Origin: Candidatus Eiseniibacteriota bacterium | GTDB taxonomy: Bacteria; Eisenbacteria; RBG-16-71-46 | Assembly (NCBI GenBank): GCA_963717935.1 | Contig: CAVQXP010000004.1 | Span: 2,048,001 to 2,112,000 of the forward strand | Reading direction: 5' to 3' | DNA: 64,000 nt | In this document: piece after piece, positions 46,378 through 54,666 of the stretch | Layout: each line of letters starts with the position of its first letter | Numbering within the stretch: the stretch's first letter is position 1 | Made by a program: the position numbers and the translations under genes | Notes under the pieces: model-generated | Told to the model about the DNA's origin: nothing | Databases searched by the model: none | What the model saw: only the letters and a program-made list of their open reading frames with translations

Positions 46378-48563
46378 GCCAGGGAGGTTCCGTGCACGAG
46401 TCCCCGAGGCGCGGCAGGTCCTGCGCGCCTGCCGTCCTTCCGACGCTCGTCCTCGCCGCGCTCCTGGCGGCGGGAGCGCAGGCCTCCGACACGCAGTGGT
46501 GGATCTTCGACAGCCCCTCCGACTACGCCAAGTCCGAGTCGCGCGGCATCCTGGTGCGCTCGGACGGCTCGCTCGAGCCCGGACCGAGCGCCGTCTCGAC
46601 GCCGCTCGACAGTCTCGCGGTCGTCTGGTCGGCCGTCGTGCTCAAGGATGGCTCGGTCGCGCTGGCGGGCGACCAGGGGCTCATCCTGCGCTGGAGCCCT
46701 GGCGGGACCGTGCGACCGTGGGCGCGGCTCGCCGCGGGGCAGGTGCTCTCGCTGGCGGCGGACGGCGACGGGCTGGTGGCCGGCACCGGGCCCGAGGGAC
46801 TCGTCTACCGGGTCTCCGCGCGCGGTGACACGGCGCTGCTGGCGCGCACGGGCGAGCGCTATGTCTGGGGGCTCGTGCGCGCGGGCGGTGGCGCCTGGTA
46901 CGCCGCGACCGGCTCGAAGGGCCGGCTGCTGCGCATCGAGGGTGGCATGGTCCGCATCGTCGCCGATACCGACGAGAGCAACCTGGTCTCGATCCTTGCC
47001 GACGGGCGCGGCGGTGCGTTCGCCGGCGGTGACTCCAAGGGACGGGTCTATCACGCCCTGGCGGACGGTTCGGTGCGCACGGTCTTCGACGCGAGCGAGG
47101 ACGAGGTGCGCGCGCTCGCCTTCGGGCCGGATGGCGCGCTCTACGCGGCGGCGCTGAGCACCCCGGGCACGACCGAGGACGCCAAGGCCGGGGAGCCCAA
47201 GCCGGTGCAGAGCGCGCCCGCGAGCGGCCGGGCGACGATCTATCGCATCGTCCCCGATTCCTCGGCGACCGCCTGGTGGGTCTCGCCCCAGTCGCTCGTC
47301 TTCGCCCTCGCCGGGACGGACGAAGCCGCCGGGGACTGGCGCGGGGTCATCGCGGCCACGGGGAGCCGCGCCGCCGTCTATCTGGTCGAGCGCGCGGGGG
47401 GTGCGTCCCAGTGGCTCGCCAGCCCCGAGGGCCAGGTCACGGCCCTGGCCGCCGGGCCGGGCGGAAGGCTCTACGCGGCGACCTCCAATCCGGCCGCGCT
47501 CTGGCAACTGGGCCCGGGCCGCGCTCCCCGGGGCGAGTTGCTCTCCATGACGCTCGACGCGCGCCGCATCGCGCGCTTCGGCCTGCTCCAGTGGCGCGGC
47601 GAGGCGACCGGCGGGCGCGTCTCGCTCAGCACCCGCAGCGGCAATTCCGAAGAGCCCGACACGACCTGGAGCGCCTGGGCCACGGTGAGTGGCGCCGAGC
47701 GCGGCGGCGCGATCCGCTCCCTGCCCGCACGCTACCTGCAGTGGCGGGTGGCGTTCGAGGGCGGGAGCCCCAGGATCGAGTCGGTCGAGACGGCCTGGCG
47801 CGAGCAGAACCAGGCGCCCCGGGCCGAGGACGTGCTCGTCGCCCCGCAGGGCCACGGGTTCCGGGAGGGCGAGCTTCAGCCCCACCAGGAGCCCGTCACC
47901 CAGAACCTGCCCGGCGGGCAGCGCGTCGAGTACAGCGCCCCGTCCGCCACCACGCCGCGCCAGCTGCGCGACCTGCCCATGTGGGCCCGCGGGCTGCGGA
48001 CCGTGCAGTGGCGCGCCACCGACCCCAATGGTGACCCGCTGAGCTTCCGCCTCGACGTGCGGCCCGAACCCGCCGGCCCGTGGACGCTGGTCGCGCGGGA
48101 CCTTGCGCAGGCGAACCACACCTGGGACACGAGCGCGCTGCCCGATGGCCGCTACCGCGTACGGGTGACCGCCACCGATGCAGGCGGGAACGCGGTGGGT
48201 GAGGAGCTCCTCACCGAGGCCCTCAGCCAGCCCTTCACGGTGGACAACACGCCACCGCTCGTGACCGCGCTCGAGGCGCGCGGTGAGGCGGGCGCCCTGC
48301 TCGTGACCGGGACGGCCGAGGACGCGGCCAGCGCGCTCCAGCGCGTCGAAGTCTCGCTGGACGACGGCCCCTGGCGCGTGGTGACGCCCGACGGCGGCTT
48401 CACGGACCGTCCGGCGCACTCCTTCCACGTCCGGCTGGGCGATCTGGACCCCGGCGAGCACAGCGTCAGCGTGAGGGTCGTGGATCTCTCAGGCAATCCC
48501 GCCGTGCGGGCCGTGCGCGCCACGGTCCCCGTCCAGGCGGGCCGGGCGACCCGCATCCGGTAA
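46374..48563 (+). CDS. Secreted beta-propeller protein with C-terminal FN3/Ig-like domains
   Basis: Signal peptide (AGAQA); repeated blades AGTGPEGLVYR, AATGSKGRLLR, AGGDSKGRVY, AATSNPAAL; TRSGNSEEPDTTWSAW; ARYLQWR; DPNGDPL; WDTSALPDGRYRVRV; VDNTPP. Confidence 0.85.
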   Translation: MSQGGSVHESPRRGRSCAPAVLPTLVLAALLAAGAQASDTQWWIFDSPSDYAKSESRGILVRSDGSLEPGPSAVSTPLDSLAVVWSAVVLKDGSVALAGDQGLILRWSPGGTVRPWARLAAGQVLSLAADGDGLVAGTGPEGLVYRVSARGDTALLARTGERYVWGLVRAGGGAWYAATGSKGRLLRIEGGMVRIVADTDESNLVSILADGRGGAFAGGDSKGRVYHALADGSVRTVFDASEDEVRALAFGPDGALYAAALSTPGTTEDAKAGEPKPVQSAPASGRATIYRIVPDSSATAWWVSPQSLVFALAGTDEAAGDWRGVIAATGSRAAVYLVERAGGASQWLASPEGQVTALAAGPGGRLYAATSNPAALWQLGPGRAPRGELLSMTLDARRIARFGLLQWRGEATGGRVSLSTRSGNSEEPDTTWSAWATVSGAERGGAIRSLPARYLQWRVAFEGGSPRIESVETAWREQNQAPRAEDVLVAPQGHGFREGELQPHQEPVTQNLPGGQRVEYSAPSATTPRQLRDLPMWARGLRTVQWRATDPNGDPLSFRLDVRPEPAGPWTLVARDLAQANHTWDTSALPDGRYRVRVTATDAGGNAVGEELLTEALSQPFTVDNTPPLVTALEARGEAGALLVTGTAEDAASALQRVEVSLDDGPWRVVTPDGGFTDRPAHSFHVRLGDLDPGEHSVSVRVVDLSGNPAVRAVRATVPVQAGRATRIR

Positions 48564-48609
48564 GGCCCGTCACGGCCCGCGACGGGGGAGAGGAGGAGGA
48601 GGGAAGAGC

Positions 48610-49032
48610 ATGCAGGTCCAGCGCACCCGCTACGGGTATGCCGTCAAGATCGAGACCGGCGAGGAGATCATCGCGGCGCTCAGCGGATTCGCCCGGCGCG
48701 AGAACGTGCGCGCGGGGCTCATCTCGGGGCTGGGCGCAGTGGGTGAGTGCGAACTGGGCTTCTTCATCCGCTCGACGAAGCAGTACGCGCGCCGGGTGTT
48801 CTCAGGGGAGCACGAGATCGGTTCGCTCACGGGCAACTTCAGCGAACTGGACGGGGAGCCGTTCCCGCACTGTCATGTGGTGATCGCGGGGGAGGACCTC
48901 GCGGCGTGGACCGGGCACCTGTTCCGCGGCATCGCCACGGTGACGTGCGAGGTCCAGGTGGTGACCGACCCAGGAGTGTTCAGGCGGACGCGCCGTCCGG
49001 ACCTGGGGTTCAACCCGCTCGACTTGGGGTGA
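48610..49032 (+). CDS. PPC / DUF296 domain protein
   Basis: GEEII, ISGLGAV, EIGSLTGN, FPHCHV (HxH), GHL; strong RBS. Confidence 0.88.
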   Translation: MQVQRTRYGYAVKIETGEEIIAALSGFARRENVRAGLISGLGAVGECELGFFIRSTKQYARRVFSGEHEIGSLTGNFSELDGEPFPHCHVVIAGEDLAAWTGHLFRGIATVTCEVQVVTDPGVFRRTRRPDLGFNPLDLG

Positions 49033-49056
49033 GCAGGAGGCAAGCCCCCGGAACCC

Positions 49057-49065
49057 TGCTATAAT
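49057..49065 (+). promoter_or_regulatory. Perfect extended -10 element (TGcTATAAT), antisense to pgeF
   Basis: Exact TG-n-TATAAT in GC-rich context, overlapping the pgeF stop codon. Confidence 0.55.
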
Positions 49066-49847
49066 CCGTGCCCGTGCGCCCGTGCCGGCTGACGCCCGGC
49101 GCGCAGCGCGGCAAAGCCCCAGAGGCGCCCGGTGCGGCCCGCGTCGCGACGGTGGGAGAAGTACCACTCACGCTCGCACGCGGTGCAGGCGCCGGTGTCC
49201 TCGAAGGCTTCCGGCGGGAGCCCCGCCTCGAGCAGCTGGATCCGGGCCACGCCGGGCAGATCGAGATGCAGGCGGCCGTCTACGGTCCGCACGGTCGAGG
49301 CCGGGAAGCGCCGTGCGACGTCCGGGCCGATTTCGTAGCAGCAGGCGCGGATGCAGGGGCCGAGGGCCACGCGCGCCGCGCTCGCCGGCACGCCGGCGGC
49401 AGCACAGAGAGCGTGCAGGGTGGCAGCGGGGAGGCCCGCGGCGGCGCCACGCCAACCGGCATGCGCGGCGGCGACGGCGCCCGGGACGGTGTACAGGAGG
49501 CTCATGCAGTCGGCGGTCGCGACGGCGAGGATGACGCCGGGCGTGAGCGTCAGCAGGGCATCGCAGCCGGGCTCGTGCCCGGGACGCGTGACAGAACGAA
49601 TACGGCTCCCGTGGACCTGGCCGGCGGTGACGAGGCCCGCGGGATCGAGCGTCTGGCTCTCGAGCAGGCGGCGGCGGTTCTCGAGCACGGACTCGGGGCG
49701 ATCGCCGCACGAGAGCCCGAGGTCGAGGGTGTCCCAGGGCGGTCCGCTGACCCCGCCCTGGCGGGTCGAGAAGGCGAGCACGCAGGCCGGGTCCGCGGGG
49801 GCGGGACGCCAGGCGGGCACGGCTGCGGAGCGATCGAGGGTCCACAT
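49059..49847 (-). CDS. pgeF: Peptidoglycan editing factor / purine nucleoside phosphorylase YfiH family
   Basis: FSTRQGGVS, QVHG, DALLT, TADC, AHAGWRG, GPCIRACCYEIG, CTAC..YFSHRR. Confidence 0.92.
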   Translation of the reverse strand: MWTLDRSAAVPAWRPAPADPACVLAFSTRQGGVSGPPWDTLDLGLSCGDRPESVLENRRRLLESQTLDPAGLVTAGQVHGSRIRSVTRPGHEPGCDALLTLTPGVILAVATADCMSLLYTVPGAVAAAHAGWRGAAAGLPAATLHALCAAAGVPASAARVALGPCIRACCYEIGPDVARRFPASTVRTVDGRLHLDLPGVARIQLLEAGLPPEAFEDTGACTACEREWYFSHRRDAGRTGRLWGFAALRAGRQPARAHGHGL

Positions 49848-49916
49848 CACAGGGCCGCACGCTAGTGAACGGCGCACGGGAGCGTCAAGGCGGCGGCCAC
49901 GAAGGGAGCGTTCCGG

Positions 49917-52907
49917 ATGAGCGAGTTCAGGTGGCGGACCGTGGCGGCGGCGGTGGCGGTGGCGGCGATGGCCGCGTGGGTCGCAGGCGCGCAGGTCGCC
50001 CCGCGGGCGCCGGCTGCGGCGCAGACGCCGCAGGCGCCGGCTCCGCCTCCCGCGGCAGCGACCGTGGGCACCCGGCGCATTCCGCAGGCCGAGCTCGAGC
50101 AGCGCGCGCAGGTGGCAGCCTCCGACTACAAGGGCCGCACGGGCAGCGACCTGCCGCCCGAGGTCCGGCCCCTCATGCGCCGGCAGCTCCTCGAGAGCCT
50201 CATCCGCCGCGACCTACTCATCCTGGAGGCACAGCGCCGCGGGCTCCTCGGCAGCGAGGAGGAGGCCGAGGCCCAGCTCAAGAAGGACCCCTTCTTCCAG
50301 GTCGACGGGCGGTTCGACCCCGCGCGTTACGAGCAGGTCCGCCTCCAGAACCCGGCTGCCCTGGCCACCACGTTGCGGGATCTGCGCGGGACTCTCGGGG
50401 CCCGGGACCTCCTGACGCGCGTTCAGAGCGAGAGGGGCCCGAGCGAGGTCGAGCTGCGCGCCCGGGCCACGCGCGCGCTCACGCACATCTCCGTCGACTA
50501 CCTCGCCCTGCGCCGGCCCGACTTCGACGACAGCGACGCCGAGCCACGCGAGAGCGAGGTGCTCGATTACTACCGTTTGCATGGCGCCGATCGCCTCGAG
50601 CCGGCGCGCGCGACCTTCTCCGCCGTGTTCGTGGACCAGCCGGCGCTCTCCGACGCCGAGGCCGAGAACCCCGCGGCGACCACGGCCTGGAACTCCCGCA
50701 TGAAGCAACGCGCCGACAGCATCCTCGCCGCGGTCGCAGCCGGCCGGACCCTCGAGGAGGCCTCGCGGGACGTTGGCGGCCTCCACCCGAATCAGGTCGT
50801 CGTGCCCGGCAACTTCCCCGGCTACTGGCAGGGCAGCCCCGCGACGAACGCGGCCCTCTTCTCGGCCTCGCCCGGCACCATCCTGCCGCACCCGGTACGC
50901 GCGCAGAAGGGCTGGCTCGTGGTGCGCGTGGACGACGTCCAGCCCGCCCACGCGACCCCTCTGCAGAACGTCGCTCGCGAGATCCGTTCGCGGCTGCGCT
51001 CCGAGCGGCTCGCGACGCGCGAGGAAGGCGAGCTCCGGCCGCTGTACGACCGGTTGCGCGACAGCCTGAAGCTGACAGGGTACCGCCTGCGCTACGCTGT
51101 CGCCGATACGAGCGCCCTCGCCCCCGTGCGGCTCACCCCGGCGGAGATCGACCGCTACTACCGCGGCCATCTCGCCGACTATTCCTCCTTCAGCAGTCGC
51201 CTGGGTGGCGTCGCCGCCAAGAGCCTCGACGAGGTGCGGCCGGACGTGGAGGCGCGGCTGCAGAGCGAGCGCCGGCTCGAGCGGTCCCGCGGCATCGCGG
51301 CGCAGTTGCTGGATACCTGGGCCCGCGGGCGCCGGAACGCCTCGCTGGAACGCCGGCTGCGTGTGCGTGACGTCGGCCCGCTCGTCCCCGGCCTGCCGGC
51401 CGACAGCGGATCCGTCGGAACGATGCTGGGCGATTCGTTGACGCGGCGCGAGGGCGCACTCGGGCCCGGCCTCGCCCGTTCGGCGCGCGGCTGGGTCGCC
51501 TTTGACATCTACCAGGAGGTGCCCGAGTACGTGCCGTCCTTCGAGCAGACCCGGCGGGAACTGACCCTCCGCCGCACCGCACGCCGGCTCCAGGACGACG
51601 AGGAAGGGGCTCGCCGGTTCTTCGACGCGTCGCCACAGCGGTTCACCGATGGCCCGGTCATCCACTACACGCGCGCCTTCGTGGCCACCCCGAGCCCACT
51701 CACCATCCACCTCACGCGGGCGGACGTCGAGCGCTTCCACCGTGACCACATGGACCGCTTCTCGGCGCCCGAGCTGGTGCGCGCGAGCCACATCCTCATC
51801 AGCCCGCGCGATGCCACCCCCGAGGCCGACCAGGAGGCGAAGGCCCGGGCCGACAGCCTGCTCGCCCGCCTGCGCGAAGGCGAGGACTTCGCGGACATGG
51901 CGGCCCGGGTGACCGATGACCCCGCCACGCAGGAGAATGGCGGCGACCTCGGCCAGTTCGGGCGCGGCACGATGCTTCCCGAGGTGGAGCGCGCCGCCTT
52001 CGCGATGCGTCCGGGCGACCTGAGCCCCGAACCGGTCAAGAGCCCGGTCGGCTACCACATCCTCAAGGCACGGGAGTACGTGCCGATGGTCGCCCAGCCC
52101 CTTCCGCTGATCTACGCCGACGTCGCGGAGGCGGCTGCCCAGGAGAAGGCTGACACCATCGCGATCCAGCGCGTCGACAGCCTGCTGCACTTCCTGAAGA
52201 ATGCCGACCAGGCGCGGGCCGCCGCCACGCGACTCGGACTCGTGACCATCTCCTACGTGCACACCAGCGGCAATTGGAGCCAGTACCCCGCGACCCTTCA
52301 TGCGTACTACCAGCAGCTCGAAACGCTCAAGGCCGGTCAGATCCTCCCGATGCGCACCAAGCTCGGGGGGATGGGCTACCCGCTGACCTGGGTGGACAGC
52401 ATCGCCCCGCCCGCCCCACCGGACTGGAAGAAGGCCCGCGACCGGGCACTCGAGGCGTACCGGGCGGACAGGAATCTGCGCGCCCTTGCGGCCAAGCGCG
52501 CCGAGCTGGATTCCTTGCTGCAGGCCGGGTGGTCCTTCGACAGCCTCGGCGCACTCTGGGGTGGGCTCCAGCACGCCGATGACCTCATGGCCGGCCAGCG
52601 CATCACCGGGATCGGCACGAGTGGAGGGCTGGACACGCTGTTGTTCGGGCTGGCGGGGACCGACGGACTCCCACCCGGCGCCCTCAGCGATTGGATCACG
52701 CTGTCGACCGGGATCGTCCGCATGCGCACGAGCGCGATCCGTCCGCCAGATGCGAGTGCCCTCACCGCCCACATGGAGAACGAACGCCGGGTGGAGACGG
52801 AGCGGGCGCTCGTGACGTATTTCGAGGAGCTGAAGAAGCGATACCCGGTGCGAATCCTGGATCGCACGCTTCGCGACGTGGCGCTGTCTCCACCACCCGC
52901 CCGTTGA
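49917..52907 (+). CDS. Large periplasmic peptidyl-prolyl isomerase / chaperone (SurA-N and parvulin, PpiD-like), 996 aa
   Basis: Signal peptide; SurA-N-like LLESLIRRDLLILEAQRRGL, FQVDGRFD; parvulin VRASHIL..EDFADMA..GGDLGQF..PVKSPVGYHILK. Confidence 0.85.
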   Translation: MSEFRWRTVAAAVAVAAMAAWVAGAQVAPRAPAAAQTPQAPAPPPAAATVGTRRIPQAELEQRAQVAASDYKGRTGSDLPPEVRPLMRRQLLESLIRRDLLILEAQRRGLLGSEEEAEAQLKKDPFFQVDGRFDPARYEQVRLQNPAALATTLRDLRGTLGARDLLTRVQSERGPSEVELRARATRALTHISVDYLALRRPDFDDSDAEPRESEVLDYYRLHGADRLEPARATFSAVFVDQPALSDAEAENPAATTAWNSRMKQRADSILAAVAAGRTLEEASRDVGGLHPNQVVVPGNFPGYWQGSPATNAALFSASPGTILPHPVRAQKGWLVVRVDDVQPAHATPLQNVAREIRSRLRSERLATREEGELRPLYDRLRDSLKLTGYRLRYAVADTSALAPVRLTPAEIDRYYRGHLADYSSFSSRLGGVAAKSLDEVRPDVEARLQSERRLERSRGIAAQLLDTWARGRRNASLERRLRVRDVGPLVPGLPADSGSVGTMLGDSLTRREGALGPGLARSARGWVAFDIYQEVPEYVPSFEQTRRELTLRRTARRLQDDEEGARRFFDASPQRFTDGPVIHYTRAFVATPSPLTIHLTRADVERFHRDHMDRFSAPELVRASHILISPRDATPEADQEAKARADSLLARLREGEDFADMAARVTDDPATQENGGDLGQFGRGTMLPEVERAAFAMRPGDLSPEPVKSPVGYHILKAREYVPMVAQPLPLIYADVAEAAAQEKADTIAIQRVDSLLHFLKNADQARAAATRLGLVTISYVHTSGNWSQYPATLHAYYQQLETLKAGQILPMRTKLGGMGYPLTWVDSIAPPAPPDWKKARDRALEAYRADRNLRALAAKRAELDSLLQAGWSFDSLGALWGGLQHADDLMAGQRITGIGTSGGLDTLLFGLAGTDGLPPGALSDWITLSTGIVRMRTSAIRPPDASALTAHMENERRVETERALVTYFEELKKRYPVRILDRTLRDVALSPPPAR

Positions 52908-53162
52908 AGTCCGGAGCGGGCGCCGCGGCCCTGGGGCACGGCGCCCGCTCCGGCCGAGCCCCCGTTCGCCTGGGTGCGATGCGCTTGAATCCGGCAACAC
53001 GGACTCCGAATCCGCAACCCCGCCGGGCCCGGCATCGTGCGCAATGCCCGATGCGGTTCGCGCTGCCACGGCGGAACGCGCGCCCCGACCGCGGCCCCGG
53101 GGCCGGTGGCACATGGTACGGTCCCTGCATTCGCCGCCTTGGCCCCTGGCCAGGAGCTGCCC

Positions 53163-54494
53163 ATGACCCTCTCCGCGACAACTTCCCACAACGCTTCCCC
53201 CAGGCGGGTGGTGCTCGTCGACTTCGACTGGCGCGACGCCGACCTGTTGCCCGAGTTGCTGGCGCGGCCCGGGCTCTCGGTGCGTCTGGTGGCGGGGCAG
53301 AGAAGCGATGGCGCGGGCCTGCAGATGGCCGAGCTCTGCGAACTGCCGCACACCATCGACCTGGCGGACCTGACGCGCGAGATCTTCGACCTCGCGGTGG
53401 TGAGCGAGCGGAGTCCGCGGCGCACACAGGTCGAGGGCCTGCTGCTCGCGCTGGGCACTCCCTGCGTGTCCCCCGAGAGCCTCTTGCGAGGGGCCGACCT
53501 GACGCACGCGCACACGCCCGCGGTCGAGGCCCCGCTCGCCCTGCACGCGGTCGCGCTCGAGAACGCGCTCGGCGGGGCGGACTTCGACGCCCTGATCGAG
53601 CAGGCGCTCCCGGACATCGGCGAAGGCGCGCCCACGGCGCCACGGTCCGTGGCGCCCGCCGGGCGCTCCGAGCTGCGCATGCCGAGCCTCGCGGAGTTCC
53701 CATCACTCGAGGACCGGCAGGGACTCGAACAGGCGCTCGCGGACCTGGCCAGCGGCACGGGCGCGCAGGCCGCCGAGCTGCGCGCCGGCCGCACCGGGAA
53801 CGTCGAGTTGCTGGCCCGCGTCGGGGGAGAGGACCCGCTGCTCTCGGGGTTGATCGATCTCGCCCTGAGCCAGAACACCCCCCAGGTGATCAGCCGGCTC
53901 ACGGGACCGCACGAGGGCAAGGCGTGGGGCGCGTGGCCCTTCCGTACCACGCGCAGCCGCGGCGTGATCGCCGCGGCCGCCATCGACCCGGCATCGGGAT
54001 GGACCACCTGGCAACAGACGCTCGAGGGGCTGCGCCAGGCCTGGGACCTGCGAGACCGCGAACAGGCGACCCCGGCTTTCCCCCTCGTGCCGGACGGCCA
54101 GCAGGGGTGGCTCGACCCCGAGGGCTTCCGCACGGCGATCTCGCTCGCCGTCGCGCGGAACCAGCGCGACGGGCTGTCCTTCGCAGTGCACCGCTTCGAG
54201 TTCGCGAACCGGCCGGAGGCGCTCGGTTCCCTGTGCGAGCGGCTCCCCTCCCAACTGCGCGACACCGACCGGCTGCACCGCTCGGAGCAGCGCGTCGTGC
54301 TGCTGCTCACGACCTGCTCCCAGGTGGCCTTCGAGCCCGTGCGGCGGCGGATCACCGCGCTCTGGGAGGCGGTGTGGCAGGAGGTCGGCGGCACGCCTCC
54401 GGCGCCCGGTGTCGTCGAGAGCCGCACCGAGATCACCGGGCCCGCCGAGGCAGAGCGGTTCCAGGCCACCGCCACGAGCTGGCTGCCGCAGTAG
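53163..54494 (+). CDS. Hypothetical multidomain protein (possible GAF-like and degenerate GGDEF-like domains)
   Basis: CAGGAG RBS; intact ORF; C-terminal AVARNQRDGLSFAV..LPSQLRDTD..VVLLL..VRRRI resembles the GGDEF fold without the GGDEF motif. Confidence 0.65.
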   Translation: MTLSATTSHNASPRRVVLVDFDWRDADLLPELLARPGLSVRLVAGQRSDGAGLQMAELCELPHTIDLADLTREIFDLAVVSERSPRRTQVEGLLLALGTPCVSPESLLRGADLTHAHTPAVEAPLALHAVALENALGGADFDALIEQALPDIGEGAPTAPRSVAPAGRSELRMPSLAEFPSLEDRQGLEQALADLASGTGAQAAELRAGRTGNVELLARVGGEDPLLSGLIDLALSQNTPQVISRLTGPHEGKAWGAWPFRTTRSRGVIAAAAIDPASGWTTWQQTLEGLRQAWDLRDREQATPAFPLVPDGQQGWLDPEGFRTAISLAVARNQRDGLSFAVHRFEFANRPEALGSLCERLPSQLRDTDRLHRSEQRVVLLLTTCSQVAFEPVRRRITALWEAVWQEVGGTPPAPGVVESRTEITGPAEAERFQATATSWLPQ

Positions 54495-54595
54495 AGCCCG
54501 CGCCCGGGCGCTCCGTCCCACGGCACGCCCGGGGCCGTTCGGCACCCGGCCCGCGCACTCCCCGGGCCCACCCCGCGAAGCCTCGCCCGCACCAC

Positions 54596-54604
54596 TTATC
54601 CACA
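54596..54604 (+). promoter_or_regulatory. Consensus DnaA box upstream of mutL
   Basis: TTATCCACA, 8 nt before a TTGACC -35-like hexamer (54613-54618). Confidence 0.6.
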
Positions 54605-54666
54605 CCGCTTTCTTGACCGGGCTTCCCACGGTCGGGTATTGCTCCGCTCCGAAACGCGGAGGCCCG

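Noticed and set aside
50214..53546. Very long antisense or alternate-frame ORFs (for example 50214..53546, 46206..48461, 9819..11978, 37434..38858)
   Set aside because: Shadow ORFs typical of high-GC DNA: Arg/Ala/Pro/Gly-rich, no motifs, fully overlapping well-supported genes.
54596..54604. Replication origin
   Set aside because: Single DnaA box, no AT-rich unwinding element, no dnaA/dnaN/gidA context.
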